This document shows positions 19,110 through 43,930 of a stretch of DNA of 64,000 nucleotides, in pieces. The DNA is from Eledone cirrhosa (lineage: Eukaryota). The DNA lies in the NCBI GenBank assembly GCA_964016885.1, contig OZ024741.1:286750001-286814000 (forward strand), given 5' to 3'. Position 1 is the first letter of the stretch. The number at the start of each line of letters is the position of its first letter. The position numbers were made by a program, and so were the translations under genes. Below the pieces are notes generated by a model that saw only the letters and a program-made list of their open reading frames with translations, had not been told where the DNA came from and searched no databases.

Positions 19110-20480
19110 CAATACTGATTTCTAAGTTTGGCACAAGGCCAGCAATTTAGGGAAAGGGACAACTGATTATATCTACTACAGTATGTGATTAGTACTTTAC
19201 TTTATCGACCCTGAAAGAATGACAGGGAAAGTTGACCGTGGTGGGATTTGAAATTAGAATGTAAAGAACCAAAACATATATGACAATGACATCTTAATCT
19301 GATGCTCTACCGATTCTGCCAATTCACTGCCCTAACAACAACAATGATAATGGTTTCTTATATAGGCACAAGGCCAGCAATTTGGGGGGATGGGAAAGTC
19401 GATTAAATTGACACCAGTGTGTGACTGGTACTTTATTTTATCGATCCCGTAAGGATGAAAGGCAAAGTTAACCTCGGCGGGATTTGAACTCAGATAATGA
19501 AGGGCCGTAACTCTATGCAGCAAAGCATGGTGTCCGACGCTCTACCGATTCTGCCAATTCACTGCCCTAACAACAACAATAATAATGATAGTGTCTAATT
19601 TATGCAAAGTACAGCTATCAGGGAAAGCAATTTAGGGAAAGTGAAAACCGATTATATCAACCAAGTACCTGACTTGTTCTTCATCAACCCTGGAAGGATG
19701 AAAGGCAAAGTTGACCTCGGCATGATTTGAACTCAGAATGTAGAGGCCTATACCTAAATGCCACAAAGCATTTTGTTCAGTGATCTTACAATTCTGTCAA
19801 TCCACCATAACAATCCTTCATAACAATTCTTTAGCACAAGGCCTGCAATTTTGGGGGCAGGGAGAGAAAGTTGATCACAGTACTTGCCAGGTTCTTTATT
19901 TGATATCCCTCAGGAGGATGAAACACAATTTGAACTCAGAACGTAGAAAGTTATAATACTGCACAGCATTGTCTCCAACACTCTGCTGATGCTGCCAATC
20001 CATCATCCTAATAATAAGTGTTTCTACATTTGACACAAGGCTAGAACATGGAGGGAAGAGGGAAAGTTGATTATATCGATTCCAGTAATTAACCGGTATT
20101 TTATTTTATCGACCTCGAATTGAGAATAGAATTGCTGAATAGAATTTATGGGTAAAACCAACTGGCAGGAGACCCAGTGATAGACCCCGGGCAAGACGGT
20201 TGGATAAAATCCATGAGCTTGGCTAGTCTCACTTGGTGATCCAGCCGGATCAGTTGGAGTTGGTTGCCTCTGACAGGACCCGATGGAAGGAATGTTTGAG
20301 GACTCTGCTCCCATGACCCCCTCAAGAATAAATGGATGAAGAAGACTTCAAAACGATGACGGATAACAGACAAAACAAGATAAAGTTGACTTCGGTGAGA
20401 TTTGAACTTAGAATGTAAAGAGCCAGAAAGAAATACTGTTACACGTTTGTCTGACGCTCTAACGACTCTGCCAATCTAGT
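19110..20480 (-). mobile_element. Tandem array of ~5-6 SINE family A-related copies (duplicate ~29900-31270)
   Basis: Recurrent GGATTTGAACTCAGA / GGCACAAGGCC motifs of differing divergence. Confidence 0.8.
20150..20375 (+). pseudogene. RTE 3'-end fragment inserted in a SINE
   Basis: Translates KPTGRRPSDRPRARRLD...VASDRTRWKECLRTLLP, an RTE C-terminal pattern; the SINE resumes on both sides. Same family at 62497-62670 (-). Confidence 0.6.
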
Positions 20481-20709
20481 ACTTCATAAACAAGATAAAC
20501 TTGAAAATAAACCAAAACAGATTTAATACATTAACAGGAGTAGTCTATGCATAGTCAACCCCACTCAAGAAAGCACAATACTGTACACACCTCAGGAACA
20601 TAACGGTGCAATACCAGGTGATGCCATAGAAACTAACATAATGATCTCTTTATTAGTCACATAGTGTTGACATGAAGACAAAAAAAAAACGTTAACGATG
20701 ACACAACAT

Positions 20710-20852
20710 TACAGGACAATACTGGGCTATATAGGATAGTACAGGACAATACAGGGCTATATAGGATAGTACAGGACAATACTGGGCTATATAGGATAGT
20801 ACAGGACAGTACAGGACAATACAGGGCTATATAGGATAGTACAGGATAGTAC
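20710..20852. repeat. 10/30-bp minisatellite (ACAGGACAAT-ACAGGGCTAT-ATAGGATAGT)
   Basis: Directly visible; longer version at ~31499-31751. Confidence 0.9.
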
Positions 20853-21019
20853 ATGGCGGTACAGTGTGGCGTGTAAAATGCCATATAACAAAAACAAGGA
20901 AAACAGGTAAAACAAATTCAAACGAAATAAATTCTTGACAGGTGGGGAACCTCCATTGGTCACACATGGAGAAAGCCTACAAAAAGTCCGGGTCACCCTG
21001 TCGAATGATAATAATAATA

Positions 21020-21407
21020 ATTGTTTCTTCTTTAGGCACAAGGCCAGCAATTACCTAGTACTTTACTGGTACTTTATTTTATCGACCCCGTAAGGATGAA
21101 AGGCAAAGTTAACCTCGGCGGGATTTGAACTCAGAATGGCAAGGGCCGTAACTATGCGTCAAAGCATGGCGTCCGACTCTTTTGTTTTCTGATTAAGGTA
21201 CAAGGCCAAAAATTCGTGTGTGTAGGTGAGGTGGGGGAGTCGATTAAATCGAACCCAGTGCGTGACTGGTACTTTATTTTATCGACCCCCGTAAGGACGA
21301 GAGACAAAGTTAATCTCGGCGAAATTTGAACTCAGAACGTAAAGGACCATAACTCTATGCCGCAAACCATGCTGGCCGACACTCTACCGATTCTGCCAAT
21401 CCACCGC

Positions 21408-21410
<3 letters not shown>
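21020..21410 (-). mobile_element. Two SINE family A copies (duplicate ~31918-32305)
   Basis: Same motifs; followed by (AAT)n. Confidence 0.85.
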
Positions 21411-21449
<39 letters not shown>

Positions 21450-22260
21450 TAATTAAAGAATCACCATCATCATCAACAGATGATGATGGTGATTCTTTAA
21501 TTAATCATAAACAATTTACAAAAAGAAAACATTAAAGGCGGTACAATGCAAGAGGGTGGGGGTTTCGCGTAAAAAGTATAACAGAAAACAATAAATAAAA
21601 ACATATTCAAACAAAATAAAAATTCCTCCAATAGTGTGTGGAGGGGAACTTCCGAGGATCTAATAATAATAACAATAACAATAAAAAAAAATAATAATAA
21701 ATAGACGAATTTGATAAATAAATTCAAACATGCTGAGACGATAAGAAAGAATAAGTTATATTGTGACTTTACCTTTTCGTAATTTTTCGCCACTTAGTTG
21801 CAAAGCTACCGGTAAACTTTCTCTAATTGTTTTATATGCAGACTAAATCGTTCGTCAATATAATAGAAATATAATGATATCAATATAATAATAGTAATAT
21901 AATGATAATAATTATAATAAATGCAAATCAGTGGATTATTATTGTCGTTGATGGTAATGGTGATGATGTTTGTTGTTGTTGTTTGCTGTTTACAGAAATT
22001 TTGCTCCCACCTGTACGATGAGAGATAGATGATATTAATACCGTTGCCAAAAATCTTGCTTGTCCGTCAAATCGACGACCGATCGTATGCCCGCAGTTCT
22101 TATTTATATACATTCTGCAATTGTAGGTGTGTGTAAGTGTAGGTGTGTGTTTATGTGTGTATATATGTGTATATATGAGTGTCTGTGTGTGTTTGTGGCT
22201 ATGTTTGTATTTGTACGGCTGTGTGAGTGCGTGAAAACGTACGTGCGTGTTGATCGGTGT

Positions 22261-22298
<38 letters not shown>

Positions 22299-22456
22299 GT
22301 GGAACATGTGTCTATCTATAAGTTAAATGTTTGTGTTGTGTTTGCGTGAAGTGGAAGAACTTTAGTTTACACACACAAATACATATGCATGTATACATAC
22401 ATATATATACACGCACAGGTATACACACACAAACATGAAACGTTTGAGAATATGAT

Positions 22457-22500
<44 letters not shown>

Positions 22501-22518
22501 CAAGTAAGTATGTTTTGA

Positions 22519-22592
<74 letters not shown>

Positions 22593-22700
22593 ATGTATGT
22601 GTGTATATATATATATATGTGTGTGTGTGTATATGTATATATATGTATATGTGTATATGTATATAAATGTATATATGTGTATATGTATATTTTATATGTA

Positions 22701-22731
<31 letters not shown>

Positions 22732-22742
22732 ATATATATATT

Positions 22743-22773
<31 letters not shown>

Positions 22774-23122
22774 ATGTCTGTATATATATATATATATATA
22801 TACATACACACATATATATATGTGTGTGTATATGTCTGTGTACACAGAGTTTCCGCTGGGGATATTCCTTCTACGTGGGCGTGGGTGTGAGTGCGTATGT
22901 ATGTGTATAGGTATGTATGTAATGTATGCATGTATGTGTATAGGTATGCATGCAGGTAGGTATGTATATATATATTTATATTTATATATGTGTGTGTGTA
23001 TGTGTGTGTGTTTAGACATGCATACACACATAATTAGATAATCTTAATCTAAAGAAAACCGATTCGATTGCTATGAGAAAGGACTCAATACAATGTTGAG
23101 TGACATGTTTATTTATAATATA

Positions 23123-23310
23123 ATTGTTTCTACTTTTGACACAAGGCCAGCAATTATCCCAGTGTATTACTGGTACCTTATTTTATCGACCACGTAAGGA
23201 TAAAAGGCAAAGTTAACCTCGGCGGGATTTGAACTAAGACCATAAAGGGACGTAACTCTTTGCTACAAATCATAGCGTCCGACCCCCTACCGACACTGCT
23301 AATCCACCTA
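23123..23310 (-). mobile_element. SINE family A copy (duplicate ~33980-34170)
   Basis: Same motifs. Confidence 0.85.
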
Positions 23311-23378
23311 TAATATAATGCAAAATTTATAGATAACACACACTCACACACACATATATATGTATGTGTGTGTGTGCA

Positions 23379-23450
<72 letters not shown>

Positions 23451-23515
23451 CATATACACATACAGATACACACACATTATATATATATATATATACATAC
23501 ATATATATGTGTGTG

Positions 23516-23552
<37 letters not shown>

Positions 23553-23575
23553 GTGTATATATATATGTATATATG

Positions 23576-23639
<64 letters not shown>

Positions 23640-23696
23640 TACATACATATATATATATATATATATACATATATATGTATATATATATATATATGT

Positions 23697-23776
<80 letters not shown>

Positions 23777-23786
23777 TTATATATGT

Positions 23787-23837
<51 letters not shown>

Positions 23838-23938
23838 CATATATATGTATACATACATATCTATATATATACATATATAGATATACATATATATGTACAC
23901 ATACATTTACACATACATATATATACACATACACACAT

Positions 23939-24001
<63 letters not shown>

Positions 24002-24129
24002 ATGCACGTGTGTATTCTAACTACTACCTGTATATTTATGTTTGTGTATTTATTTAAATAAATTCATTAAGTATCTATTTACCTATCTACCCCCTCTCAC
24101 TCGCACGTTCTACACACGCGTATTACCAC

Positions 24130-24329
24130 NNNNNNNNNNNNNNNNNNNNNNNNNNNNNNNNNNNNNNNNNNNNNNNNNNNNNNNNNNNNNNNNNNNNNNN
24201 NNNNNNNNNNNNNNNNNNNNNNNNNNNNNNNNNNNNNNNNNNNNNNNNNNNNNNNNNNNNNNNNNNNNNNNNNNNNNNNNNNNNNNNNNNNNNNNNNNNN
24301 NNNNNNNNNNNNNNNNNNNNNNNNNNNNN
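24130..24329. other. Assembly gap (200 N)
   Basis: Run of N. Confidence 1.
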
Positions 24330-24343
24330 ATATATATATGATA

Positions 24344-24396
<53 letters not shown>

Positions 24397-24433
24397 TATA
24401 TATATATACTATATATATATATATATATATATG

Positions 24434-24473
<40 letters not shown>

Positions 24474-24499
24474 CTATATATATATATATATATAATTAT

Positions 24500-24549
<50 letters not shown>

Positions 24550-24550
24550 A

Positions 24551-24617
<67 letters not shown>

Positions 24618-24636
24618 TATATATATATAATATATA

Positions 24637-24677
<41 letters not shown>

Positions 24678-24697
24678 AGTATATATATATGTATATA

Positions 24698-24736
<39 letters not shown>

Positions 24737-24836
24737 TAATATATATATGTATATATTATATATATATATATATATAAATATATATATTATATATATATAT
24801 ATAATATATGTATATATATATGTATATATTATATAT

Positions 24837-24911
<75 letters not shown>

Positions 24912-24930
24912 ATATTATATATATATATAT

Positions 24931-24986
<56 letters not shown>

Positions 24987-25139
24987 TATATTATTAATAT
25001 ATATATGTATATATATATGTATATATATATATATGTATATATGTATATATATATTATATATATTATATATATATATATTATATATATTATATATATATAT
25101 ATGTATATATATATATGTATATATATGTATATATATATG

Positions 25140-25170
<31 letters not shown>

Positions 25171-25171
25171 G

Positions 25172-25224
<53 letters not shown>

Positions 25225-25262
25225 ATATATATATATATATATATGTATATAATATATATATG

Positions 25263-25334
<72 letters not shown>

Positions 25335-25335
25335 G

Positions 25336-25401
<66 letters not shown>

Positions 25402-25415
25402 ATATATAATATATG

Positions 25416-25455
<40 letters not shown>

Positions 25456-25499
25456 CTATATATGTATATATATTATATATATATATATATAATATGTAT

Positions 25500-25536
<37 letters not shown>

Positions 25537-25554
25537 GTTATATATATATAGTGT

Positions 25555-25585
<31 letters not shown>

Positions 25586-25599
25586 TATATATATATATG

Positions 25600-34843
<9,244 letters not shown>

Positions 34844-34844
34844 C

Positions 34845-34891
34845 CACAACACCGCCACCATCAACGCTGCTACCACAATCACTTCACCACC

Positions 34892-34922
<31 letters not shown>

Positions 34923-36400
34923 CCAAGAACACCACTATCTCAACACTCACCACCAACAATACCTCCACCCCACCCCCACCCCCACCATCACCACTAACAA
35001 CAACAACACCAGCACCTTCACTATCTCAACACTCACCACCACCACCATCACCACCACCAACACCTCCACTACCTCAAGCCCTCCCCACCATCACCACTAA
35101 CAACAACAACACCAGCACCTTCACTATCTCAACACTCACCACCCCCACCACCACCACCTCCACTACCTCAACCCCCCCTCACCATCACCACTAACAACAA
35201 CAACACCAGCACCTTCACTATCTCACCACCACCACCACCACCACCACCACCTCCACTACCTCAACCCCCCCTCACCATCACCACTAACAACAACAACACC
35301 AGCACCTTCACTATCTCAACACTAACCACCACCACCACCACCACCACCTCCACTACCTCAACCCCCCCTCACCATCACCACTAACAACAACAACACCAGC
35401 ACCTTCACTATCTCACCACCACCACCACCACCACCACCTCCACTACCTCAAGCCCTCCCCCACCATCACCACTAACAACAACAACACCAGCACCTTCACT
35501 ATCTCACCACCACCCCCACCGCCACCACCACTACCACCACCACCACCACCACCACCACCACCACCACCACCACCACCTCCACTACCTCAACACCCCCACC
35601 GCCACCACCACTACCACCTCTACTACCACAACACCACAACGACGACAACTACCACCACCACCAGTACCCTTCAACATCAAAAGATCAACATTGAATTACA
35701 CACTTCACCAATCCAACCATGAACCACACTTCCGAACACTTGAATGTGCACACCCACCATTTCACAACGGATCATCCCACTCACTCCACCACCAACAGTA
35801 CACTATTACTACCACTGCCACCACCACCACCATTAATATACCACCACCAACGACAACACATCATTATCATGACCACCACCCACTCCTACCTCTCACCAAC
35901 TCTCCTCCCACCACTATCATCATCATCATCATCATCGCCATCACCACCACCACCAGCACCACAACCTACGTCTATTCTCGCGCACCAACGCACCACCACC
36001 CACATCACACCAATGACGACACCATCACCACCACCACCACCACCACCACCACAACCTACGTTAATTCTCTCACACCAGTGCGCCGCCACCACCACCACCA
36101 CCAACACTGCTACCACCAACCACCACCACCGTAACCTACGTCTATTCTCGCGCACCAACGCACCACCACCCACATCACACCAATGACGCCACCATCACTG
36201 CCCCCCCCCCAACCTACGTCAATTCTCTCACACCAGTGGGCCACCACCACCACCACCAACACCACCAACACCACCACTGCTACCACCACCACCACCGCCA
36301 CCAACAGCTCCACCACTATCATCACAACTATCGCCACCACGACTATCACTACCACAACCACCATCGCCATTATCACCACCACCGCCACCAAACATTAACA
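34845..36400. repeat. (CAC)n-rich compound repeat with ~75-85-bp minisatellite units
   Basis: Unit CACCATCACCACTAACAACAACAACACCAGCACCTTCACTATCTC repeated ~6 times (34985-35510); a second unit AACCTACGTCTATTCTCGCGCACC at 35963-36240. Confidence 0.9.
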
Positions 36401-36807
36401 ACACCTACAGCGCCATGTCCGTTAGATATATAGTTTTATGAATGAACATGAGTCATGAAGCGTCAAGTGATTTGACGAAGGTGCAGTGAGTTGAAGAGTT
36501 GTTAGGGACGGATGGTAGAGGTTGGTGGCAGGGTAGATAGGGAAATGACAAGGGGATGTAAAGGTAGAGACAAGAGATAGGATGGGTGGGAGTTTTAGAA
36601 TAAGACTAATCAAAACAGCGTATTAATAACACTAGTGTATTTTGTTAGTATGCAGGCAAGTGTATGTATTGGAAGGAAGACGTGCATATTTGACTGTGTG
36701 CATGTGTAACAGACACACACACACATACACACACACACACACACGCACACACACACATATATATATATATATATGTGTATATGTATATGTATGTGTGTGT
36801 GTGTGTG

Positions 36808-37985
36808 TACTCCGGGAAGAACAAGCCGGCTTCCGAAACAACCGATCTTGCACCGAATAGATCTTCACACTACGCAACATCCCCGAACAATGCATTGCAC
36901 TCCAGCAACCTTTGGCGGCCAACTTCATTGGTCTTTAGAAGGCATTCTACAGTGTGCACCGGGAATCGCTGTGGAATATCGCGCACTCGTACGGCATTCC
37001 TGCAAGATTCATCGCCATTTTCAAGGCCCTGTACGCAAACTCCAGCTTCTGCGTGCGAACTGAGTCCGGTGTGACAGAGTTCTTTGACATTGTCTCCGGG
37101 GTCATACAGGGTTGCATTATCTCTCCGCTGTTGTTCCTGTTGGCAGCCAATTTCGTTCTAAGGCGAATAGATGTAGGACCTGGCCGAGGCATCCCATGGA
37201 GAGGCCAGTCGAGGCTGACGAACCTGACATTCGCCGACGACATCGCTTTGATCGCTGAAGACAGTGCTCTAACAACATCCCTGCAAGAGAGTGCGGAAAA
37301 TATCGGCCTGAGAATCAACACCAAAAAGACCAAGGTGATGAGAACAGTCAACAACGCAGGTCCAGCGATCAGAGTCATCCAACAAGACCTGGAAGAAGTC
37401 GAACATTTCACCTACCTGGGCAGCATCTTGGCAGGCAAAGGCAACACGGAGCTCGATATCAACTGTCGGATCGGCAAACGAGCCGCAGCTTTTCTGCGGA
37501 TGCGCCCGGTCTGATCGTCTTCATGCATCAGCACCAGGATCAAGCTGCGCCAGTACAAGAACATCGTGCCGGCGACAGTGCTTTACACGAGCGAGACCTG
37601 ATAGAGAGACGGCTGAACGCTTTCCACCAGCGGTGCCTACGAATGATCCTTCGTTTGTCCTGGCGTGACCGAGTGAGTGCGAAACGAGGAAATCCTGCGG
37701 AGAGCCGAGTCGTGGACGCCACAGAGGATGGTCACGGAGCGCCGGTGCCGCCTGGCTAGCCGTATTCTGCGTCTGGCCGACGAACGACACTCGAAAACAG
37801 CGATGAACTGGACTCCACCTGACGCGGCAAACGGAGGTGGGGTTACCCCAGGATCACCTGGCGACGAACGTTCCGAAAAGACCTGATGGCAGCCAACATC
37901 ACTTGGCACGGTCGCGAAAAAGCCGCCGCTGATCGTGACGGTTGGTAACTACTCGAGGCGCCGAACGGCGCGGAAAAACCTAAGA

Positions 37986-37989
<4 letters not shown>
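36808..37989 (+). pseudogene. 5'-truncated RTE LINE (RT and C-terminus), frameshifted
   Basis: LREEQAGFRNNRSC, GVIQGCIISPLLF, FADDIAL, GLRINTKKTKVM, FTYLGS. Starts at (TG)n, ends TAAGACTAA followed by (TA)n. Confidence 0.92.
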
Positions 37990-38054
<65 letters not shown>

Positions 38055-38105
38055 AAACTAAAAATAATTACGAAGATCAAAATCCGAAGAGGGATCGATA
38101 AGGAT

Positions 38106-38154
<49 letters not shown>

Positions 38155-38245
38155 TTGTGTATAGTGGTAGCTATGGTGCTTCCGTAGGCGGTATGCCTAA
38201 ATTAGCACTCGATATTCATCAGAGTAGAGTGTAGGAATTATCAAA

Positions 38246-38390
38246 AAAAACGAAAAATCAGTGATGCATCTGGACTTAGTTTATTTCGTGTTACAAATGT
38301 TTCGCCGGCATGTAGCTCGAGTCATGGTCCTTGTATGGATCTGGCTGATTCTACTTCTAAGTCCTGATGCATCACTGATTTTTCGTTTTT
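38246..38390. mobile_element. Fold-back PLE-like fragment
   Basis: 34-bp inverted arms 38246-38279 / 38357-38390. The spacer has a hammerhead 3' half on the minus strand (CGAAAC-attt-GTA). Adjacent to (TA)n. Confidence 0.5.
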
Positions 38391-38415
38391 CATATATATA
38401 TATATATATATATAA

Positions 38416-38455
<40 letters not shown>

Positions 38456-39036
38456 CTAAACTATAATAAAGGAAGGTCTGCGGGATTGCGCACGGTTTAT
38501 TTATTTTTTATGCCGTTTGTAAATTAAGTTGGATTACTTAGAATAAATAATAAATGAATATTACATAATTTATCTACTAAATTTCGTGGCTGTTCATTAA
38601 ATATCTTTTGTTTATTTAAAGATTCACTTCTTTAAAATTTCTGAAATGTCAACATTTCCGGTAGCGATCGTTTAAATAAACATACTAATTTTCCGTGACT
38701 AATTTTCTCCTAATGCAGTTTATATATAATATCGTCTTTTTTAATGTATCATGGATTACGTTACTGATTACATAAGACAGTGTAACACAGTCTTCGTTCA
38801 ATTTCCGTTTACATTGTCAATTACGATTTTATTTGATGGATCATATCTACATGTATATATACCTGCGTATAATATCAATATACACACTACACATGTTAGC
38901 AGAAAACTACCCGGGGGTGGTTTTTCTGCTAGTATATATAATCATATATAAACCCGTAGAGCAAATATTTATTATTAGTACAGATTAAAGTTTAAGCAAA
39001 GAATTGGTGCTTTCAGCCTATTACCGGAGTTTCAGA

Positions 39037-39095
<59 letters not shown>

Positions 39096-39141
39096 GTCTT
39101 CAATTTTTAGTCTCAATTGTCTCATTGAGCGGTCATATATG

Positions 39142-39197
<56 letters not shown>

Positions 39198-39200
39198 CAC

Positions 39201-39231
<31 letters not shown>

Positions 39232-39249
39232 CATATATATATATACACA

Positions 39250-39281
<32 letters not shown>

Positions 39282-39298
39282 CATATATATATATACAC

Positions 39299-39539
<241 letters not shown>

Positions 39540-39554
39540 CATATATATATATAC

Positions 39555-39698
<144 letters not shown>

Positions 39699-39714
39699 AT
39701 ATATATATATATAT

Positions 39715-39831
<117 letters not shown>

Positions 39832-39832
39832 C

Positions 39833-39978
<146 letters not shown>

Positions 39979-39980
39979 AT

Positions 39981-40234
39981 ATATAAAGAATTAGTATATC
40001 TACCAACATATGCGTACAGATGTACACTAATGCTAGCAAATACATAAGTTATGTCATAGTACCTATGTCATAAATAAGTTAATTTTTAATTTTTTTTAAA
40101 ATTTTCTTATTTACGTCTTTCATATATTTGTTCTGCATCCTCCTGCATTGAACCACCTAGGTACTATGACATAACTTGTGTATTTGCTAGCATTAGTGTA
40201 CATCTGTACGCATATGTTGGTAGATATACTAATT

Positions 40235-40240
<6 letters not shown>
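39981..40240. mobile_element. Fold-back element between (TA)n arrays
   Basis: ~84-bp inverted arms 39981-40064 / 40158-40240; the spacer is inverted-homologous to 40443-40488. Confidence 0.65.
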
Positions 40241-40289
<49 letters not shown>

Positions 40290-40338
40290 CATGTATATAT
40301 ATATATATATATACACATATATATATATATATATATAC

Positions 40339-40371
<33 letters not shown>

Positions 40372-40374
40372 CAT

Positions 40375-40448
<74 letters not shown>

Positions 40449-40500
40449 CGTAAATAAGAAAATTTAAAAAAAAATAAAAAATTAACTTACTAAAATTTTC

Positions 40501-40582
40501 ACTCCAACTAATTAGTTTCTGTAATGGGATAAAGATAGTTACGTAATATAACCATCGAGAATTCATTACGTCATCAGGGAGT
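40501..40582 (-). ncRNA. Type I hammerhead with long helix II insertion
   Basis: Minus strand: ACTCC-CTGATGA-c-GTAATG...CATTAC-a-GAAA-CTAATTAG-TT|GGAGT. Palindromic helix III ACTAATTAGT, GUU triplet, C.A mismatch at the base of helix II. Confidence 0.65.
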
Positions 40583-40605
40583 CTACTCTCAGCTAAGTCT
40601 CCAGG

Positions 40606-40640
<35 letters not shown>

Positions 40641-40701
40641 AACTCATATTTGTACTGCTTCTCTGTTTTTGTTCCTGTCTAAGATTTAACTATATATATA
40701 T

Positions 40702-43700
40702 CTAAGGCGGGTAAAATTCCCGAGATCCATGGACGAGTTCTCTCCAACGGTCTTTGTCCCTCATTATCGTTGCCATGTCCTGCGTCTCCAACAGACCAGT
40801 GTCTGTCCTTAGGGCATCAACTTACGTTAACCTTGGTTTTTCTCTTCTAGTGTGTCCATGTAGGGGCTCCCACAGGAGCACTGAGTGCAATGTCAACTCT
40901 GGATGTCGGTGAGCATGTCCAGCTAACCTCAGTCTCCTCTGTGTCACTTTTGAGCTGAATTTTGGGATGCTCCCATACAACTCTGAGTTTTTCGTCCTCA
41001 GTGTATACTGATTAATGTTCAGAGCCATTCTCAGCATTCTCGTGTAGCACCCATCCACCATCTGAGTGAGTTTCTTGGTCAGTGGCCAAGTCTCAGACCC
41101 GTACAGCAGCACAGACTCCACTACAGCAATGAAGAGGCGGATCTTCAGGTCTTTTCGAAGGTTCGACTTCCACACCGATCTCAAGATGTGGCACGCCGCC
41201 CAGGCTTTGCTCTTCCTCTCAACCACATCATCTTCCGTATTCCCAATCTTTGCTCCCAAATACAGGAAGCCCTCAACCAATTCTAGCGGCTTCCCGCCTA
41301 CATTAGTGATCCCCTCTGGCTTCTCAACATTCTCTACCAGATATTTTGTTTTAGTCTCATTCATTGTATTTGTCACCAAAACTATGTCGTCGGCAAATTC
41401 AGCATCCGATACCTTTTTCGCCTTAACTCTCCTGCTCTGAGCCGGTGCTACAGTAAAGCCAGAGTCCTGGTGTTTCTCCAGTGCAAGGCGCATACAATAG
41501 TCCACTACGATGATAAAAAGGTAGGGAGCCAATGTATCTCCCTAGAGCACTCCAGCCAGTATCTCAAAGAACTCTGTCATCCCATCAGGTGTAATGACTT
41601 GGGCTTTGGTGTTGGTGTAGAGCAGTGATATGAGGTTCACTATCCTCTTGGGGATTCCATAAGCCTGTAAGATCTTCATCAGGCAGTGACGGTCCACAGA
41701 ATCAAAGGCCTTCCTAAAGTCAATGAAAACCATGACCGCAGGAAGGCACTTTGCTCTAGCTCCCTCTAATATCCTCCTCAGCATCAGGATGTGACTGGTG
41801 GTTGATCTTCCCTCTCTGAAGCCGTTCTGGTTGTCCCTGAGCTTCTTCTCCATCTCAGGCTGGATCCTGTTGAGGGTCTTTGCCACAAGTGACGTCAGTG
41901 AGATCCCCCTGTAGTTGTTGGTGTTAGAGAGATCTCCCTTCTTTGGCACTAGGACGATGTTACTGATCCTCCACTGATTCGGGGCAACTCCTTTCTCCAG
42001 TGCCCCGTTACAGAACCCCAGGATGATATCATCAAAATCACACCTCTTCATCACCTCTGATGCCACTCCATCTTCTCCATGAGCCTTGCCCTCCTTGATC
42101 TTCTTCTTGGCTCTCTGAAGCTCCTCTCTGGTGAAGGGCTCTGTCTCAACATCCAGTTCCTCAAACAGCCGCCTGATCTCCCCAGTGCTCTGGGCTGTGG
42201 AGGGTGGCTCTCATAGTAGGGTCCTAAAATGGTCTAGCCATTTCCTCTTCCTATCCTCGGGCCCCGTTCCCTGGATCTGACTCGAACACCTTCCCTTCCT
42301 CCCTGTGATCTCGTTGATGATCATCCAGCTCTCCTTACATCCAGATTTGTCAACCGCTCTCTCCACACTTCTGATCTTCTCTATCAGTGCCTCCTCTCTG
42401 ACCTTAGTGTAAGCGGTACAGAGTTCTTCCCTCATCACCTCCACAGTCTCCATCCTCTCCTCCGTAGGATCAACATAGAATTGGTCCTTGGCAGCTTTCA
42501 GGTGTTCTCTGGCTGCACACACTTTTGGGTTTGCAGAGCTGACGTGCTTCCTTTTGTTCTTTTTCCTCGACACCAGGGTTTCACTTGCTTCCGCCACTGC
42601 ATTGGTGAAGTGCCCGTACCTCCTCGTCACACTCTCCTCAGTCCATCCAATCTCACTCTCCTCTGTCTCTCCACACAGAGCACTGTACCCGTTCCTCACT
42701 TCCACTGTGAACCTCTCCTGTAGATTATCATCTTCCTTGAAAGCTCCCCAGTCATAGATTGCTCTCCGGGGCCGAGCCTTGCTCTTTCTTAAGCTCACCC
42801 GGACCTCACTCATAACAAGCCGGTGGTTACTACCCAGTGTACTGAAATAGTTGTATGGTTCTGTGTTCAGAACACTATTCCGCCACTTTTTCCTCACCAG
42901 AATGAAATCAATCTGGAACTTGGGCAGGTGCATATCTGAGATGTAGGTCCACATCTTCCCCAGATTCTTCCTAAACCTTAGGTTGGTCGCTATCAAGTTC
43001 GCCTCCAGCAGGGTGTCTCTCAGCAGTCTTCCATTTCGGTTGGTGTTGTTATGGAAGTACCAGCAAGGATCCTCACTGCCCTCCTTACTCAGATGTGCAT
43101 TGAAGTCCCCCAAAACAAGCAGGATGTTGTGTGCTTGTGTGGTGTTGACAGCTCTACACACCTCCTTATGGAACTCTTCCTCACTCACATCACTGTCTCC
43201 CTCGGTTGGACTATAGGCTGAGATGACTGTCAGTCTTGGGTTTCCATTGAAGGTCACCCTCAACACTCGCGGGGAGACAGGCATTATTTCCCTCACAAAT
43301 ACTCTGGTTTTTGTGCTGAAAACAAAACCCACTCCTCCCACTGCAGCATTGGCCATGTTCTTCACTGCCGATGTAGTGATGAGCTGGCTCCTCTTCCCGA
43401 TCATCACACTCCTCTCGGGCTCATCGTGTAGGATCCTGTGTTCTTGGATCGCAAGTATCTGCATACCACTCTCCTCGAACAGATGTCCCAACTCCTCTCT
43501 CTTCTCCAGCGTCCGAATAGTCCTCACATTCAAAGTGCCCATTTTGGTGGCTCTTCTGCAGGACAAAACTGCATTCTTTATATTTGTCTCAGAGACAGCT
43601 GATCCATCATCCACTGGCCCTCTCTGTGGCTCTAAGCCAGCAAAGTCATAACCACCAGACTGCTCCTTGACAGTGTAGTTAGGGGCTCTAACCCTAGTGC

Positions 43701-43930
43701 TGTTAGATCGACTCTCCATATTTCTTTTCAATGGCTGACAATACCTTACCGGCGCCACTCGAATAAAGTAATTATTTAACCCATAAATGGAGCCCTAACA
43801 GGTACTACTACTCCGGGCCAGGGCAGACCTGGGAATTATGACAACTAAGGGGTAACTCCACATTCCCCACAACTCCTGAATTCCCGAACTGGAGCCTTGC
43901 CACTGGATGTAGTTTAATGTCATACCCAGG

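Noticed and set aside
20480-21660. Possible Tx1/L1 3' UTR remnants (20480-21005, 21505-21660)
   Set aside because: Resemblance from memory only, with no coding motif to support it.
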